64,000 bases of DNA from Lepidodermella squamata (GCA_047495785.1 JBLDXI010000036.1:62001-126000), one strand, 5' to 3'. Shown: positions 12,626 through 26,198, counted from the first letter of the stretch. The notes: generated by a model from the letters alone, not told the origin. Program-made: numbers and translations.

Positions 12626-15600
12626 TTATCCTACTTTGCCAGGACCTATTGGGCAGGTTTCTTCACAACTACCACCCGTCGTCGAATCGTAGCAGAGTTT
12701 CGCAGTCTATCAAAGTACAACCCTTACTGTTACTATCAGTTATTTAGCAAGACCTACTCCAATTTCGTATATGGAAAGTTGCTGGCAGATCACGTAATTA
12801 GCTGTATCGTTGCAATTCACGGCTTGATATTCGATTGCAAACTGAGAGTAAACGACGACGAAGCAACTTTCAACAGGTCCGTTATTGTTTTGGATGGGTA
12901 GTTCAAACGTGAGCGCGGTTCCGTCTTCCCAGAGTTCCGAAGCTTCAGCAGGCATGTACAAGCCAAACCAGGCTTTGACATCAGAGCTTCTTCCAGAGTT
13001 GACAACGAGCTGCTCAAAAAAAGTTTTATCCAATAATGTTTTAACGGTCGCAATTTGAGCGTCGTTTTGCCGGCAGAGATCGGAGGCCTCGGCCTTAGTC
13101 ATAGGCGTTGATCCGCCGAAAATCGAGAAACTTTTTTGAGTAGCATGGCAGCTGGAGGATCCATTTACGAATATTTCAGACGCTGGATGCTGCGCTTCAC
13201 CCGCAAAGCAATTGCTGTACCGGCAGGTGAACTTTCCACCTGGCGCGACGCAGGTGTATAACCTGGTCAAGCAAAAAAAAAATGGTATTAGTTAGTTCTA
13301 GTTATCCAAGTTATCTCAAGTATAAAGCAATAGGGATGATTTGCCTATTTTCAGTTACAATAGTTTTTAATTATGGTTTATGGTAATCGATAGCATCCAA
13401 ACTCACGGCGTGGCACAGGCTTCAAAGGTTTCGTATGTTAAACCGTCCGGGTTCAGCGTCTACACAAAAACAAACTATTTTCTTCAGGCTGATAACATTT
13501 CAGAAGAATCTACCGTGTTAGCTGGGCAAGATAGTGCTTGGGGAATGCAAACCGCTGGCATACCGGATGTATCATCCAGACATTCGACGAATGGCCCCTG
13601 TGACAGTATATTTTATTATGATTGCAATCAAGAAAACAAATTGCTCACCTTCCTCACTGCAATATTGCAATTTGCGTAACTTTCGGATTTTGGAGTAGTC
13701 GATGAACCGAATGTACTGATCTAGAGAGATATTCAATTTTATGGCTGAAGGTGCCATAAATAAAATTTAGGCCCAACCTCGTACTTGCCGGGGCCAGTTG
13801 GACAGGTATCGAAACAGCCGCCACCCTGCATCGAATCGAAGCACAGCTTCACGCTCTAGGAACAACATTATTAATCATTGTTGGTAGGCAATTTTCGTAG
13901 ACCTACTCCAATTTTGTATAGATCATACTTTTCGCAGATCACATAAGGAGCTGTATCGGTAGAGCAATTTCTAGGTTGAAACGCGAACAGAGTTGCACCA
14001 TAGGCAGCAACTCTGTGGCAAGCTTCAACTGGCTCGTCATTCGCAAAAAAGCCAAATTCTGGATCAGCAGTGGTGTACTCGGTTCCGTCTTCCCAGAACA
14101 GCCGATTTTCAGGCGATTTTCGCAAGCCAACCCAGGCCATGAAATCGGTAAAATCAAGCGAATCCTGTGAGGCTTTTTGTTGAGCAGCCATCACAGCGGC
14201 AGAAATTTCGTCATCGGTTTTCATCATCGCAATTTGAGAATTGTACGAAGCGCATAGACTGATCGCCTCAGCCCTGGTCATCTGCGTATCTCCAAAGACA
14301 TTGAAGTTCTTTACAGCTGCATTGCAGTTGTTGTAGCCAAACTTTGAGGTTTCATACGATGGATATCGCGTTTCTATGGCAAGGCAGTTGCTGTATCGGC
14401 AGGTGACCCTCCCTTGTTGAGTGACGCAGCTGTACAATCTTCAAAAAGGTCAAGTATGATAAACCAGTGAAAGATTTCGCAATTTCGCAGAAGGACACAT
14501 ATTGGAAGATTCACTGCGCACATGAACTATCCGAATTTCCCTTAATTACCCTCAACTATACAAATTACCCACACTTGCGTGTCGAAGTCCGACCAGAACC
14601 CTTACGAAAGCCTAACCCTAACCCCAATTCTGAAAACTTGCTTGCTGTACCAACTTGCTCAAAATCTAGAAAAAATAAGATTCACTCGCAAAGATTTATG
14701 GCAAATGGCAAAGTAAACAATGTAAACAGAACTCACGGAGTGGCGCAGGTTTCGAAAGTTCCGTATGTTACACCATTCGGATTCCTTGTCTAAAATATAG
14801 CCAAATGGTCAATCTTATTTCACAAGTATTCAGACCAATTCTACCGTGTTAGCCGGGCAAGAAAGCGATTGAGGAATGCAAACCGCTGGGAATCCCGTTG
14901 CAATATCGAGGCATTCAATAAATGGACCCTATGAGTAAAGTCAAAGCAGTGAAAGCCAATTAGGAAAACCAATGGGTTACCGTGATGTTACCGCGGCAAA
15001 ATGCAAGACTATCGACTTTTGGAGTTTCCGCTGAACCGTATGTGCCGACCTAGGAAGATCCAATAATACAGAGCAAAATGAAATTACTAATTCAGAGGGG
15101 CTCACTTCGTATTTGCCAGACCCCAATGGGCAGGTATCCCCACAGCTACCACCCTTGATCGAATCGATACACATTTTCACACTCTTGAAACGTAATGACA
15201 TATGATTCGATACGAGGCATGAGAAAGCCTTACCCCAGTTTCCACCTCAGCTACTTTCTCGCAGAGAGCGTAGGGCAAAGTCGCGTTGCATAGAATGGCA
15301 TCGAAAGAGTATCTCCAGTAATTGATATTTCTATTATAGAACATGACGACGCAAACATCGATTGGCTGAAGGTAGAGATTGTGATTCTTGTCGAAGTAAT
15401 TTCCATAAATCCAACTCCATTGCGAATCAGTAAACTCGTAAGGAGTTCCATCGGCCCAAAACAGCGAACCATTGGCGTATTTTTTCAGACCAACCCACGC
15501 TTGGAAATTGTTTGAGCTAATATCATCTAGGATGATTTTCCACGCGCTCGCATCGCCTGCTTTACCAAAATCTTCATCAGTCTTCGGCATTGCTAGCTTG

Positions 15601-17367
15601 CCATCGTTGGCAGCGCACAACTCGATAGCCTCGCCTCTGGACAAGAGTTTCGATGCTCTGACAGCGAAATACTGCTTCACGGCGGCTTCACACTTGTCTG
15701 AGGTTGTGGACCAAGCTATGGCCGGGTTTCGAGTTTCTCCCGATAAGCAGCCGCCCAGTCGACAGTTGACAGATCCATCTGTTCCTTCACATCGGACGTA
15801 CCTTAAGAGATTCAATGAAAACAACATATCGTTAGCGTCGTTCAATAACTTAGATTTGGGAAACCCGAGCTATACAACGTATGTTCGTAGGATCCTAGAA
15901 GGATCCTAGCGAAGTAGGATCCAAGAATCAGGCCTTAATTTTACGACCAAAGCTGGTACCAATACCACCTAGGCCCGTTGAACACTGGGGTCCTTCGCGC
16001 ACTGATTTTTCTCTATGTGTATAGATTTACAATTTTACTAAAAATAATCCATTTTTGTTTACATTTCCAAAATCTCAGCAAAATACCTGGGATAGTGTTA
16101 AAACTTACCCGTAAGTCGCTCGGTTATGGAGACAGTTCGCATAATTCCTCGCGAAATCATTGTACGTTAGGAAAGTTGAAGCCTAACACATGCAAATGAA
16201 ATAGATTCAATCAACCAATTCGCGCTGAATTTACCAGCTGCATAGGAGACAGGCATCGGTTCCGGCAAACCAGGCCATTTTTCGCTAAGCACAGCGAGGC
16301 TGGCTGTTTAAAGCAATTAATTTTGACCCTTAAAATTCAGTGAAATATCAAACAAACCCCACTAAGACAATGCGTTTTATCGGCAAAACTGTCAGAGCTG
16401 AATTCCTGAATAACAACAATTTAGCCTATCGCATTCTCTTCGTGTTGTAGACTTACACTTGTCGTGGATGCGTTGCATTGGGCTGGCTGGCAGCCAACAA
16501 ACGATCGATCGCTTTTTGAAAAACATCTGACGTGTGGCTGGTAATCGACTGTATTCCGAACGACTAAAATACAAAAAAATGATTGAAAACTAAAAACTGG
16601 GCTTTGAATCTTACTATTCGAGTTATCCATACAAATCCGAGTGTTAACTTCCCAGTAGCCCACAAAAGTCTAAACACAGATTTAGCAGGGAGAATAATAA
16701 TCAAACGACGAAGTTGAATATCCTACCCAGTTGTTAGGGCAACTGCCTATTTTAGGGATGCAGATAGGTTGTCCTTTGTTATTGCATTGCGTCGCTGGAA
16801 AATTCTGCGAAACCAAGAATGAAGATTTAAATTTGGGTTTTCCTAAAATACTTTTGAACAAACCAGAAAGTTTGGAATTTCTGTACGACACCTCTCGTAC
16901 ATCGGTCCGAAATAATTGCCAATGTACCTCGATATCTGAAATTATCAAATGAAAACTTGCGAATAAATCGAGAATTTTCGATTTTTGTAAACCTCAATTT
17001 CATTAGCTGAACAGCTGTATCTACCGGGCAAACATCGCATCGAGATGGATTTGTAATTGAAACAGCTGCGAGCCCACTGCAAAGGGAACATCAAAAAATA
17101 GAAATCGAGTGGTATCTGAAAACACTCACGCCAATTTTGCAAGCCAGCAGTGATGAAAAATTGCCTCCAAGCTATGATGATAAAATTTCAAAGCCTTTGA
17201 ATAGACAGATTAACAGATTTTCGCACCTGATACTCTTGAAGAATCGAACATTGGGTTTTACAACCATTGAACGCGTCATTCAGCCGCGAAAAGCATCGTA
17301 GGTATGGGACCGCATTGGCTATTTGTAACAGCCAAACGGCAACGCAGATTATAGCCAATAGTTTCAT
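12626..17367 (-). CDS. Secreted multi-exon protein: tandem 4-Cys modules + three C-type lectin domains (type A)
   Basis: ATG 17367 (MKLLAIICVAVWLLQIANA signal peptide). About 22 exons stay in frame (17367-17227, 17171-17130, 17076-16993, 16935-16864, 16804-16727, ...); CTLD exons lie within ORFs 15177-15845, 13871-14437 and 12740-13270. The last exon (from 12706) runs into TAA at 12626. Confidence 0.8.
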
Positions 17368-18515
17368 GGCAATAAAAGATCCTAATTAAAAGTAGAGTAT
17401 TGAAGAAATACGAGCCAATTCAATATTAGGTTAAAGCTCCAAATCTTAGCTGAATAATATGTGATATCGTTGGGGTTCGGATGTCGTAAAATGAAAATGA
17501 AGATGAATTATTGAAGCTTAAATTTACAAATAAATGATTTGCGAATTTTAATTTATGCCAGCATTGCGCATTATTTTATGAGCTTGACGCGTGCCGCCAG
17601 TATTGTTTCTATTAAAAGAATGAAATGGCGACAGCATAATGAAAAACGTTCATTCATGGACCTACGCAATGAAAATAAACCTGAAAAAACCCATATTTTT
17701 AAGGCGAATCACCGTTGCAAAAAAATGCCCGGGGACCTTGGACAAAGTCCGCATGACCTAAAAAAAAAATCGCGATTTAGGCTGTTTGTTCAATGACCTT
17801 GTAACAGAGACGAATTTCTTTTTAAATTAGGTTAAAAGGCGCAGGTTGAATTCGAATTCGAATTTGTCTGTTGAAATCCTTCCTATTCAAGATGAATGCT
17901 TAGTCGGTTCAAAGCTCTAGGCTCTAGACTCTGAGTGTTCAAATTGGTGGTGAAATGTGATATAAATCAGAAATCTCTGTATAGTGATTCTCAAATCCTG
18001 GCACGCGTGCCAATCCTGAAAACGCTGAATATTACCTGAAAATATTAGTAACCGATATTACGCTACAAATCAATTGATTACAGAATTATTTTTCAATAGC
18101 AAAATGTTTTATTGGTTTTTCTTATTGATATTTCTTGTTGATCTGAATGAGTTATCGTGTGTCTCATATTTATTTTTTTAAATAATTGAACCACTTATTT
18201 TAACCCGGATCCGGGCTCTGAATCGCCCCATTTCCGGCGCGCCAATAAATATTGCGCAATTATTTTTTTCCTGGCGCCGTTTGGCAAAACATAAAACACC
18301 GACACCACGTCCTTAATTGTAATAATTTAAAAAACACCGACATCACGCGCTTTTGCCACAGTGGTGATTCTTCGAACGCGTGATCCTCGGAAAAAATGAA
18401 CCAGCAGTGGTCGTATTTCCTTCATTACAATTTTCGCACTATTTTATTTTGTATCACAAGCCTTTTGTTCCTCAAATTTTTAGTTAATTTTTTGTTGAAG
18501 TTTGTCATATTCAAA

Positions 18516-19698
18516 TGATTGCGAATTTCAACCCTCTGCTTTTGCTGCTGATGATGCTGGCATGTATTGGTGGCTGCTGTTGGCAAGAAGCCGTTGAACT
18601 GGGTTCGGTGCTTCTCACGGTTCAGCAACCGATTCACCAACTGTGTGCCAGCTGCCGATTGATGTGATCCTTTCAATGAATATCAAGTTTGTTTCATTTG
18701 TTTACAAATCCCGCAAATACTACTTTTTGTATTCATAGCTGGGACCGATTTACCGAAAACCAGGCGCCAGGTGCTTGTAGCCGTGGTGTGGGTTTCCATC
18801 TTTTCCCATTTTTTTCGATTGTACTCCGATTTATGTACTTATAGCATGGTCGAATGTGCTACAAATACGAGGCGTTGACTCCATTTTGCGTGCCTGGAAA
18901 TATCGGCTGTAACAAGCAGGGTGAAAGACGGTAGGTCCGAGTTTTAAAATTAGATTTCTGAGTAATCTAGTTCGGCGTGATTTTTTTATTCGGCTTCCAT
19001 CCAAGTTTTGATTTCCAAAGTGCAGCATTTATCTCTAATAAGTTTTTCGCATCTTATCTTTCTGGGTCGATTTCCAGCTGTTCTGGTTCGGAAATCCGAA
19101 TCCACTCTTGAACCTGAGATTCAACCTCAACGAATGCGATAAGAAACGAACTGTTTTCAATGTAAGAAATTCTGAAATTTTAGAGATATGTTTAGTTCGT
19201 CTTTTTGTAGAATTTGCCTCAAGGCGGCAACAAAAGTGTCGCAGCACAGTCATGCATCAATAACGGTGGTCAGTTAGCTCAAATTAGGTCAGACGACGAA
19301 CTGAAGTCAGCTAGGGCGGCGTTGCGGGCTGTTCAGGCTGGTCAGGCGTGGATCTCTCTCGTTGGTTCAAACAGAGTGCTCAAGAGGGACGATGGTTCCG
19401 ATTTCAAATTTATGGCTTAACAGTGGGGTCTATCAATTCGCAATCCTGGATGCGCCTATTCTTTTTCGGCGCGGAATTCAAATTTGAAATCTCCGACTTA
19501 GCGTATTTTCCAAGAAAAACACCGATTCTCAACTTCAGTATTACAAATTCTCAACTTCAGTATTACACTCTCAACTTCATAGTTAAGTGTACATGTCTGA
19601 TTCTACACCAGTCGGATTATCTACCAACTATTACTATGATACATTTCCTTGTGATGTGAATTTTGTTCAAGCTTTATGCGAACGATTTACGTCTTGAG
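18516..19698 (+). pseudogene. Type B 4-Cys/CTLD gene, decayed
   Basis: KPLNWVRCFSRFSNRFTNCVPAAD*CDPFNEYQ, GRMCYKY, LFWFGN..LNLRFNLNEC, then a broken CTLD (GGQLAQIRSDDEL...ALCERF). Stops, frameshifts and an internal deletion relative to the 29823 gene. Confidence 0.8.
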
Positions 19699-20289
19699 CT
19701 AAATTCTTCATTTAAATGCTGTATTATTGGGCAGTCAATAGCATGTGGAGTGAAATGTGGAAGCGATTTAATGTAGAGCAAGATGTATCAATAAAGTTCG
19801 ACTAACGGAGGCTTAATAATCACTGAGCACCTCATTGACATATTCTGTGAGCTGTGAGTTCCTGTGAGTTCAAGGCAGAACTTCTTCTTTTCTTTGAGGC
19901 TGAAATGATACAGAAAATTTGATTCTGTATTCCGAACCATCTTTTACTGGAACCAAATTTACGGTTGAGCGGAATCAAACTTGCATTTCGAGAAACAAAA
20001 TTCGTAACATGCCAGGATGAGTTTCTTTAATAATTCTACAAATTTCAGTCGAATCACGAGTTCTTTATCGTTCTCGTAGAAAATGTTACGCTGAATTTAC
20101 GCTGATGGTGATTATTGTAGAATTATTGTGGCCAATCTTGAAAAGCTGGTTCCGCTAAAGCATATTGGATTCCTCTAACGCAAATTAGGGTCAAATTTCA
20201 AAAATTTGAATTCGCAGTCCATTTAACATGTCTTCACATTTGCACGTGAATGCTAATTTTTTTATTTTGTTTTATTTTGCCTCCAGCAG

Positions 20290-20779
20290 TCCGCGTATTT
20301 CCGTTGCGTTGACAAAGGAAGCGCGTCAGTTCGATGCCTGCCAGACACAATTGGCTACGATGCGAACACAGAAGTTCGAATTCCGGCTGCTGGGACTTAT
20401 CCGGACGAAGATTTCTGCAATGGCATGCAAAAAGTGTACACTGTAGTGCTTTTGGACGATACCGGCAATAAAACAGTCGGAGCACAGGCATGCATTGTGA
20501 GCGGTGGTCAGTTAGCTCAAATTAGGTCCGATGACGAGTTGGCGTCGGCTAGGTCAGCATTGTCGAGTGGTACAACTGATGGTATGACATCTCTCTCTCT
20601 AGGCAAAACAGCGATTTGAAGTGGGATGATGGCTCCGATTTCGAATTTCATTATGCTCAGTGGGCTGCCCTACCTACTGATGGTTGCGTTGTTATGTCGT
20701 TTTCCGCATTTCTGACCGACTATTACTACTTTTCTGTTGACTGTGAGCTTTATGCGAGCGATTTATTCCAAGCCCTTGA
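20290..20779 (+). pseudogene. Decayed 4-Cys+CTLD exon (probably part of the 18516 gene)
   Basis: SAYFRCVDKGSASVRC...GGQLAQIRSDDEL, a frameshift, then KWDDGSDF...LCERF. Confidence 0.75.
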
Positions 20780-21811
20780 GTTTTGAAAACTTGTCAATTC
20801 CGGCGTTGTGCCAGACAGATGAGTGAGTGGACGTGGAAATGAAAGGATATTTACATTGTACCACCATCGCCACATGGCTACAAGCCAAGAAAAAAACATG
20901 GATGTGATTCATCACTGTGCTCACTATGCTAAACACAACCTTCAATGATTCATGCTACTGTCCAATGAATAAGAGTTAATAGCCAATTCGGCAGCTGATT
21001 CGCAGTTAAAGTATGACACATTTCTTGCAAATTTGCCGCTGACTCGGGAAATGTCAGATCAATTCAGCAAGACACAAATTGCCAGTGGAAAAAATAAAGA
21101 CGCAGTATTGTATCAGTTCCTATGGTGGGAGTAAATTTATCGTGAAGTTTTGATGGAAGATGGAATCCTTAACCCTGATTCCGTTTCAAGTGACTTTAGG
21201 AAGTCAGATCAAGTATCTTTTTCTAAACCCTCATTTTTCGACTTCTGCTTCGACTTCGTTTCCAAATCACCAAGTCCGAAGTAAAGAAGAAAAGATGAGA
21301 AATGTGTGAAGGAAAGAAAAGAAAAAAACCGATGACAATTGAGTCCGTAGATATACATGAAACAATAAAGCATTTTTCCATTTCGATTTCCGATACTTTG
21401 AAGTTACTCTGGTCTTTTGCGTCGTAAGGATAATTCATCTTCCATTCAAACATGATATTATTTGTTTTACTCTATTATTCATGAGCTATACATCCATGTG
21501 CTATGAAATCGTTGTAAAGCTCGGCTTTACATTCTATATTCTATATTCTATACAGATGTAAGATAAATAATTTTCTACGAATTCGTCGTAGAGATAAAGA
21601 AGCCAAACGTTCTCTGTAATACCGGCGAACCTCTCCCTGAGATTAAGGTATATACAGCGCGTTTCTGGCAGATATGGCGAGCCACCGCGGTATCGCCGTT
21701 TTCTTATCGCTGAAATTTCAGAGAAGTAGGCTTATTACAATGTCGCTCATTTATTGAAGCTTTGTTCCTATTTCTGCATGCTTTTCACTCTGTCATCATT
21801 TTCAGTACGTA

Positions 21812-24153
21812 ATGAATATGGAACCAATGACGTATCGATCAATGTCGGAGTTCACTGTTGTTAAACTCTTGTGTTATGGCCGCCTACGACAAACTTATTT
21901 GTACAAACGTAACGAGAGCCCTCAGGAGGAAGTGGTTATCAAAGAAACCAACTTGACAAGCCTTCGCAAGGAATTTGAGAAAGACTTTGACAGAATTGCT
22001 GAACTTATCCCCGAAAGAGTGAGTTTCCATCGATATACATTTCCTGGGAGTGTTTTCCGTTTTTTATTACTTTAAATTTTAAATGAGGCTACCCAGTAGA
22101 AAAATTGGGAAGAGTCTGTAAACCTAAATAATTTTTAAAAATTTTCGAACTTCAGGATTTGTTAATGGTCAATATCAGCCATGGCAACATTGTCAAGGTT
22201 TTTGCAGCTTTCGAAGGTAAATTCCTACTTCCATTAGTCCTAAGTAACAGTTTTCCAACTATAGAGACATACTCCGGCCAAGAGATTTCTTCCCGAAACT
22301 GTATGATGAAATATTTAATGATGGAGTTTTGTGGGGGAGGAAGTTTTGAAAGCCTGATCGAAACTGAGACTGCACCCATCCCGGAAATAATGCTTCAAAT
22401 TTGGTCCCGTCAAGTCGTATCAGCTTTGGCGTATCTTCACGGTCGAAGTATCGTTCATCGCAACATAACGACAAACAACGTACTACTTACCGAAGACCGT
22501 GGCACAGCGAAACTAGCTGACTTGGGGATCATCGAGAAATTAGACACGTAAGGCTGAAAAGGGGCATTATATGAGATGTTCCAAACAGTGGCTCCAAAAT
22601 GTCTGCTCTGGCGAAGTGGAGCTCTTCACCTCCTGAGGTATTGAATAAAGAACCGAAATCACCTGCCAGTGATGTTTGGTCGTTGGGATTAGCGCTTTTC
22701 AAATTAGCCAAAGAATCAGTATGGGAATGAACCTACTAAATCACTTGACAAGTTTCAATATTTTTACAGTTTATCACGAGGGTGAAAATTTTGAGGTAAA
22801 CCGACGAGTTGAAATTAGTTTTAGCAAGCTGGAATTTGTTATATTTTAGTGATAATATGAAGCCGTTTGACCAGTCACGCGGCTATTCGGATGAATTCCG
22901 GGATTTTGTCGTGCAGATGCTCGCCGCGACTCCTGGTGATCGACCGACCTCAACTCAGCTTCAACAGAACAGTTTTCTGTTGAAATCAGCACCCATGCGG
23001 TATACGAAGGTATGATTGATATTCCATATGGCATCCTCATTCGCACAACCATGCAAATTCTTCAGCCCGACCAATCAGTCGCCGAACCAAACAAAGATGC
23101 TGTTAGGGTAATTCAAAATATTGTAAATGTTACGCTTGATCCAAGCCTTGTAAATTAAATTACTAGGAGCTATTTGGCTGTGTTTGTCGGCGGAAAGACT
23201 TGTTGAAATTGGTGCAGTTACTGTCGAACAGTGATCTAGGTCTCAGCGCTAACCTCGAAGACGACGATGAGTGTTCTTTGTTGTACCTTGCAGCTCGGGA
23301 AGGCTGCAACGACTTTGTGGAAATTCTGGTCAGGCATTTTCAGGCAGACATTGAGTTTCGTAATGGGAGTGGCAGTACACCAATGCACATTGCCGCCGAG
23401 AAAGGCCACGTCGAGGTGGTGAGGATGTTGGCTAGCGAGTTCAACGCCGACGTGAAAATGGCCGACAATTATGGCATTACACCACTGTACGTCGCCGCCG
23501 AGAATGGCCACGTCGAGGTGGTGAGGATGTTGGCTGGTGAGTTCAACGCCGACGTGAATATGGCCAGAATAAATGGCTGGACGCCACTGTACATCGCCGC
23601 CTGGTATGGCGACGTCCAGGTGGTGAGGGTGTTGGCAGGCGAGTCCAACGCTGACGTGAATAAGGCCAGCAAAGATGGCTGGACGCCACTGTACATCGCC
23701 GCCTGGAATGGCGACGTCGAGATGTTGAGGGTGTTGGCTGGCGAGTTCAACGCCGACGTAAATAAGGCCAATATTTATGGCGGTACGCCAATGTACATCG
23801 CCGCCTGGAGTGGCGACGTCGAGGTGGTGAGGATGTTGGCTGGCGAGTTCAACGCTGACGTGAATAAGGCGGACAATTATGTCATCACACCACTGTACGT
23901 CGCCGCCGGGAATGGCGACGTAGAGGTGGTGAGGGTGTTGGCTGGCGAGTTCAACGCCGACGTGAATAAGGCCAACAAAGATGGCTGGACGCCACTGTAC
24001 GTCGCAGCCAAGAATGGCCACGTCAAGGTGGTGAGGATGCTGACTGGCGAGTTCAACGCCGACGTGAATAAGGCCAACAAAGATGGCCGTACGCCACTGC
24101 ACATCGCCGTCTTCTTAGGCCACGTCGAAGTAGTGAAGGCTCTGGGTGGCTAA
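21812..24153 (+). CDS. Pseudokinase + 9 ankyrin repeats, copy 2 (intact, ~647 aa)
   Basis: Exons 21812-22018, 22156-22547, 22589-22718, 22770-22795, 22850-23009, 23066-23107, 23167-24153 join in frame (1944 nt). HRD is HRN, DFG is DLG, Gly-loop is degenerate; 34-aa TPLY..A..G repeats. Confidence 0.85.
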
Positions 24154-24194
24154 GCTTTCTGCTGATTAAGCCACCCAGAGTTGAGGGCTGTGAT

Positions 24195-26198
24195 CTAAAA
24201 TAAGGTCAAACTCACAGGGGGATCGGGAGCGAACTTCTCGCACACCGCATATGGAATGTGGGTGTTACAGTCGAACGATTTGTATACCACTGGGGTTGCG
24301 TAAGTTCCATCGTCGGTAGGAGCCAGGGCAACACAGGCTTCGTCCGGTGGTGAAACCCACTGGCTCGCAGTGTTCGTGAAGCTGGAACCGTCGTACCACT
24401 GAAACTCGCCGTTGTTGTGGTTCAGGCCAATCCACGCAGATTCAATGACAACACCACCGGCTTGGTACGCCTGCAAGTTGTAGATGGCATAGGTCAAATC
24501 ACCGGCCGACATTATTGTCGCGAGCGAGCCGTTGATAGCTTGGCCCTCTGCCATTGCGCCGCCCCGAGTTGCTGCGGTTAGCTCAGTGACGATTAGCTTC
24601 TTGACAGATAACGCGCACTTGGCCTGGTCCGGGAAGACGCGGTAGCCTGGGAATCGGTCTTCAGTCGCCGAGTCACAGCCAACGCCGGTGCTTGATGTGC
24701 ATCGAACTATTGACCTGTTAGTTTTCTTGGCGCAGCGAACAAAGCCGACCTGAGCCTGATGGGAAAGGATAGGAGTACTTAAATATTTTTCCTAAATTCT
24801 ATGAAGCTTTCTGAACCTTAGGTCAAAGCTAAAGCAGAATAAAATCATTCTTTGGAATTTTGCATTTTCTAGAGAAAAGTTTCCCTGGAACTTACGGCAG
24901 GGGCAAGATCAGCGAGGCAGCTGCCATAGTTCATTGGGAAGCTCTGCGTGGATGCGAACAGCTTGATCTAAAATGAATTGGTATGCTGAAAATTAATTAG
25001 CTTCGTCCAGCGTTTAAAATTTACTTGATAAAAGTTCTGGGGGCAAATGGCGTAGCACGACTTGGCTCCAGCTCCATCCATGCATTGAACAGCTTTCTGT
25101 TTGAAAAATCACAAGTTAGGATGGTATACGATTCACAATTTCCTACTCACCCCTAAAACGCAGTTCTCCAAATTCGAGTAGATACTGTTTGAGTAGACCT
25201 GCGTCTCCGTGCTGGCTGAACAGCCGACGCTTCGTGGTTTGCAGAGATTGAACTGGCCGGAAGTTTTGCTGAAACAACGAACATGCTGAGTCTCGCTGAC
25301 CGGAACAGTCACTGAAAAAATAAAACAAAAAAGTAGAACGCGAGGCCTGGATTTCGATCAAATTGCAATGAAAAAAATATTTTAAAAAATTTTTGGAAAT
25401 TTTAAATTGAGAGGAATTAATCTACCTTGGCCGTTGGTGCAAAGGCCGAGATTGCCATACAGCGTTGTGCTAGTGTTCTGGAAAAAAATCAATTAGGCTG
25501 AAGCCATGACCAATTCGATTTTAGACTTACCGAACTATTCGGACAGGTGAAGGAATCTGGAACGCACGTTTGGATGGTACCGTTCAATGTGCAACGCCTA
25601 AATTGCAAATTCTAGGGAAAATGAGGAATATGCAAAAAGTTAGCAATCATTAAAATGTCTCACGCTGAAAGTGACCCGTCTCGCCTCGCATGCGTTGAAG
25701 TTGAATTTGAAACTCAGCGTAGCTGCTGTGTTGGCGAACCAGAAAAGCTAGGCAAAACAAGATAATTTTATGCGAAATTGTTTTGTAAATTGGTTACTTA
25801 CGTTCATTTCACCTCCAAGCAAATTGCAACCCAGGTTTCCGGGCCCGCATGATGGGGTGAGAGCCCCATATTTGTAGCACATACGGGCATTCTAATAAAT
25901 AAAAAAATTGCACACGAAAAAACAAAATTTTAAAAATTTGCTAACCCCAGGTACCGACTCGCAGGAAAACCGGCCCTTGCTGTGAAATAAGCAATTTTTG
26001 AATACAGATTTTATATTTAGGTTCAAGAGACCTGAAAATCACGAAGAGGATCACAGCCAGTAGCCGCTTGAATGCAGGTCGTGAATCGTTCGTTCGTTCG
26101 TGCGAGAAGCATCGCACCCAGTTGGTTGGCCTCGACCTGCCAAAGGCTGGATCGACCAGGGCGATCAGACATAGCAGAGCTAAATAAGTTAGAGCCAT
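24195..26198 (-). CDS. Type B secreted 4-Cys-module + CTLD gene (10 exons; compensated frameshifts)
   Basis: ATG 26198, signal peptide. Exons 26198-26032, 25979-25946, 25891-25802, 25747-25664, 25611-25531 and others; final exon AQVGFVRCAKK...WIGL...WYDGS...AVCE. Confidence 0.65.
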
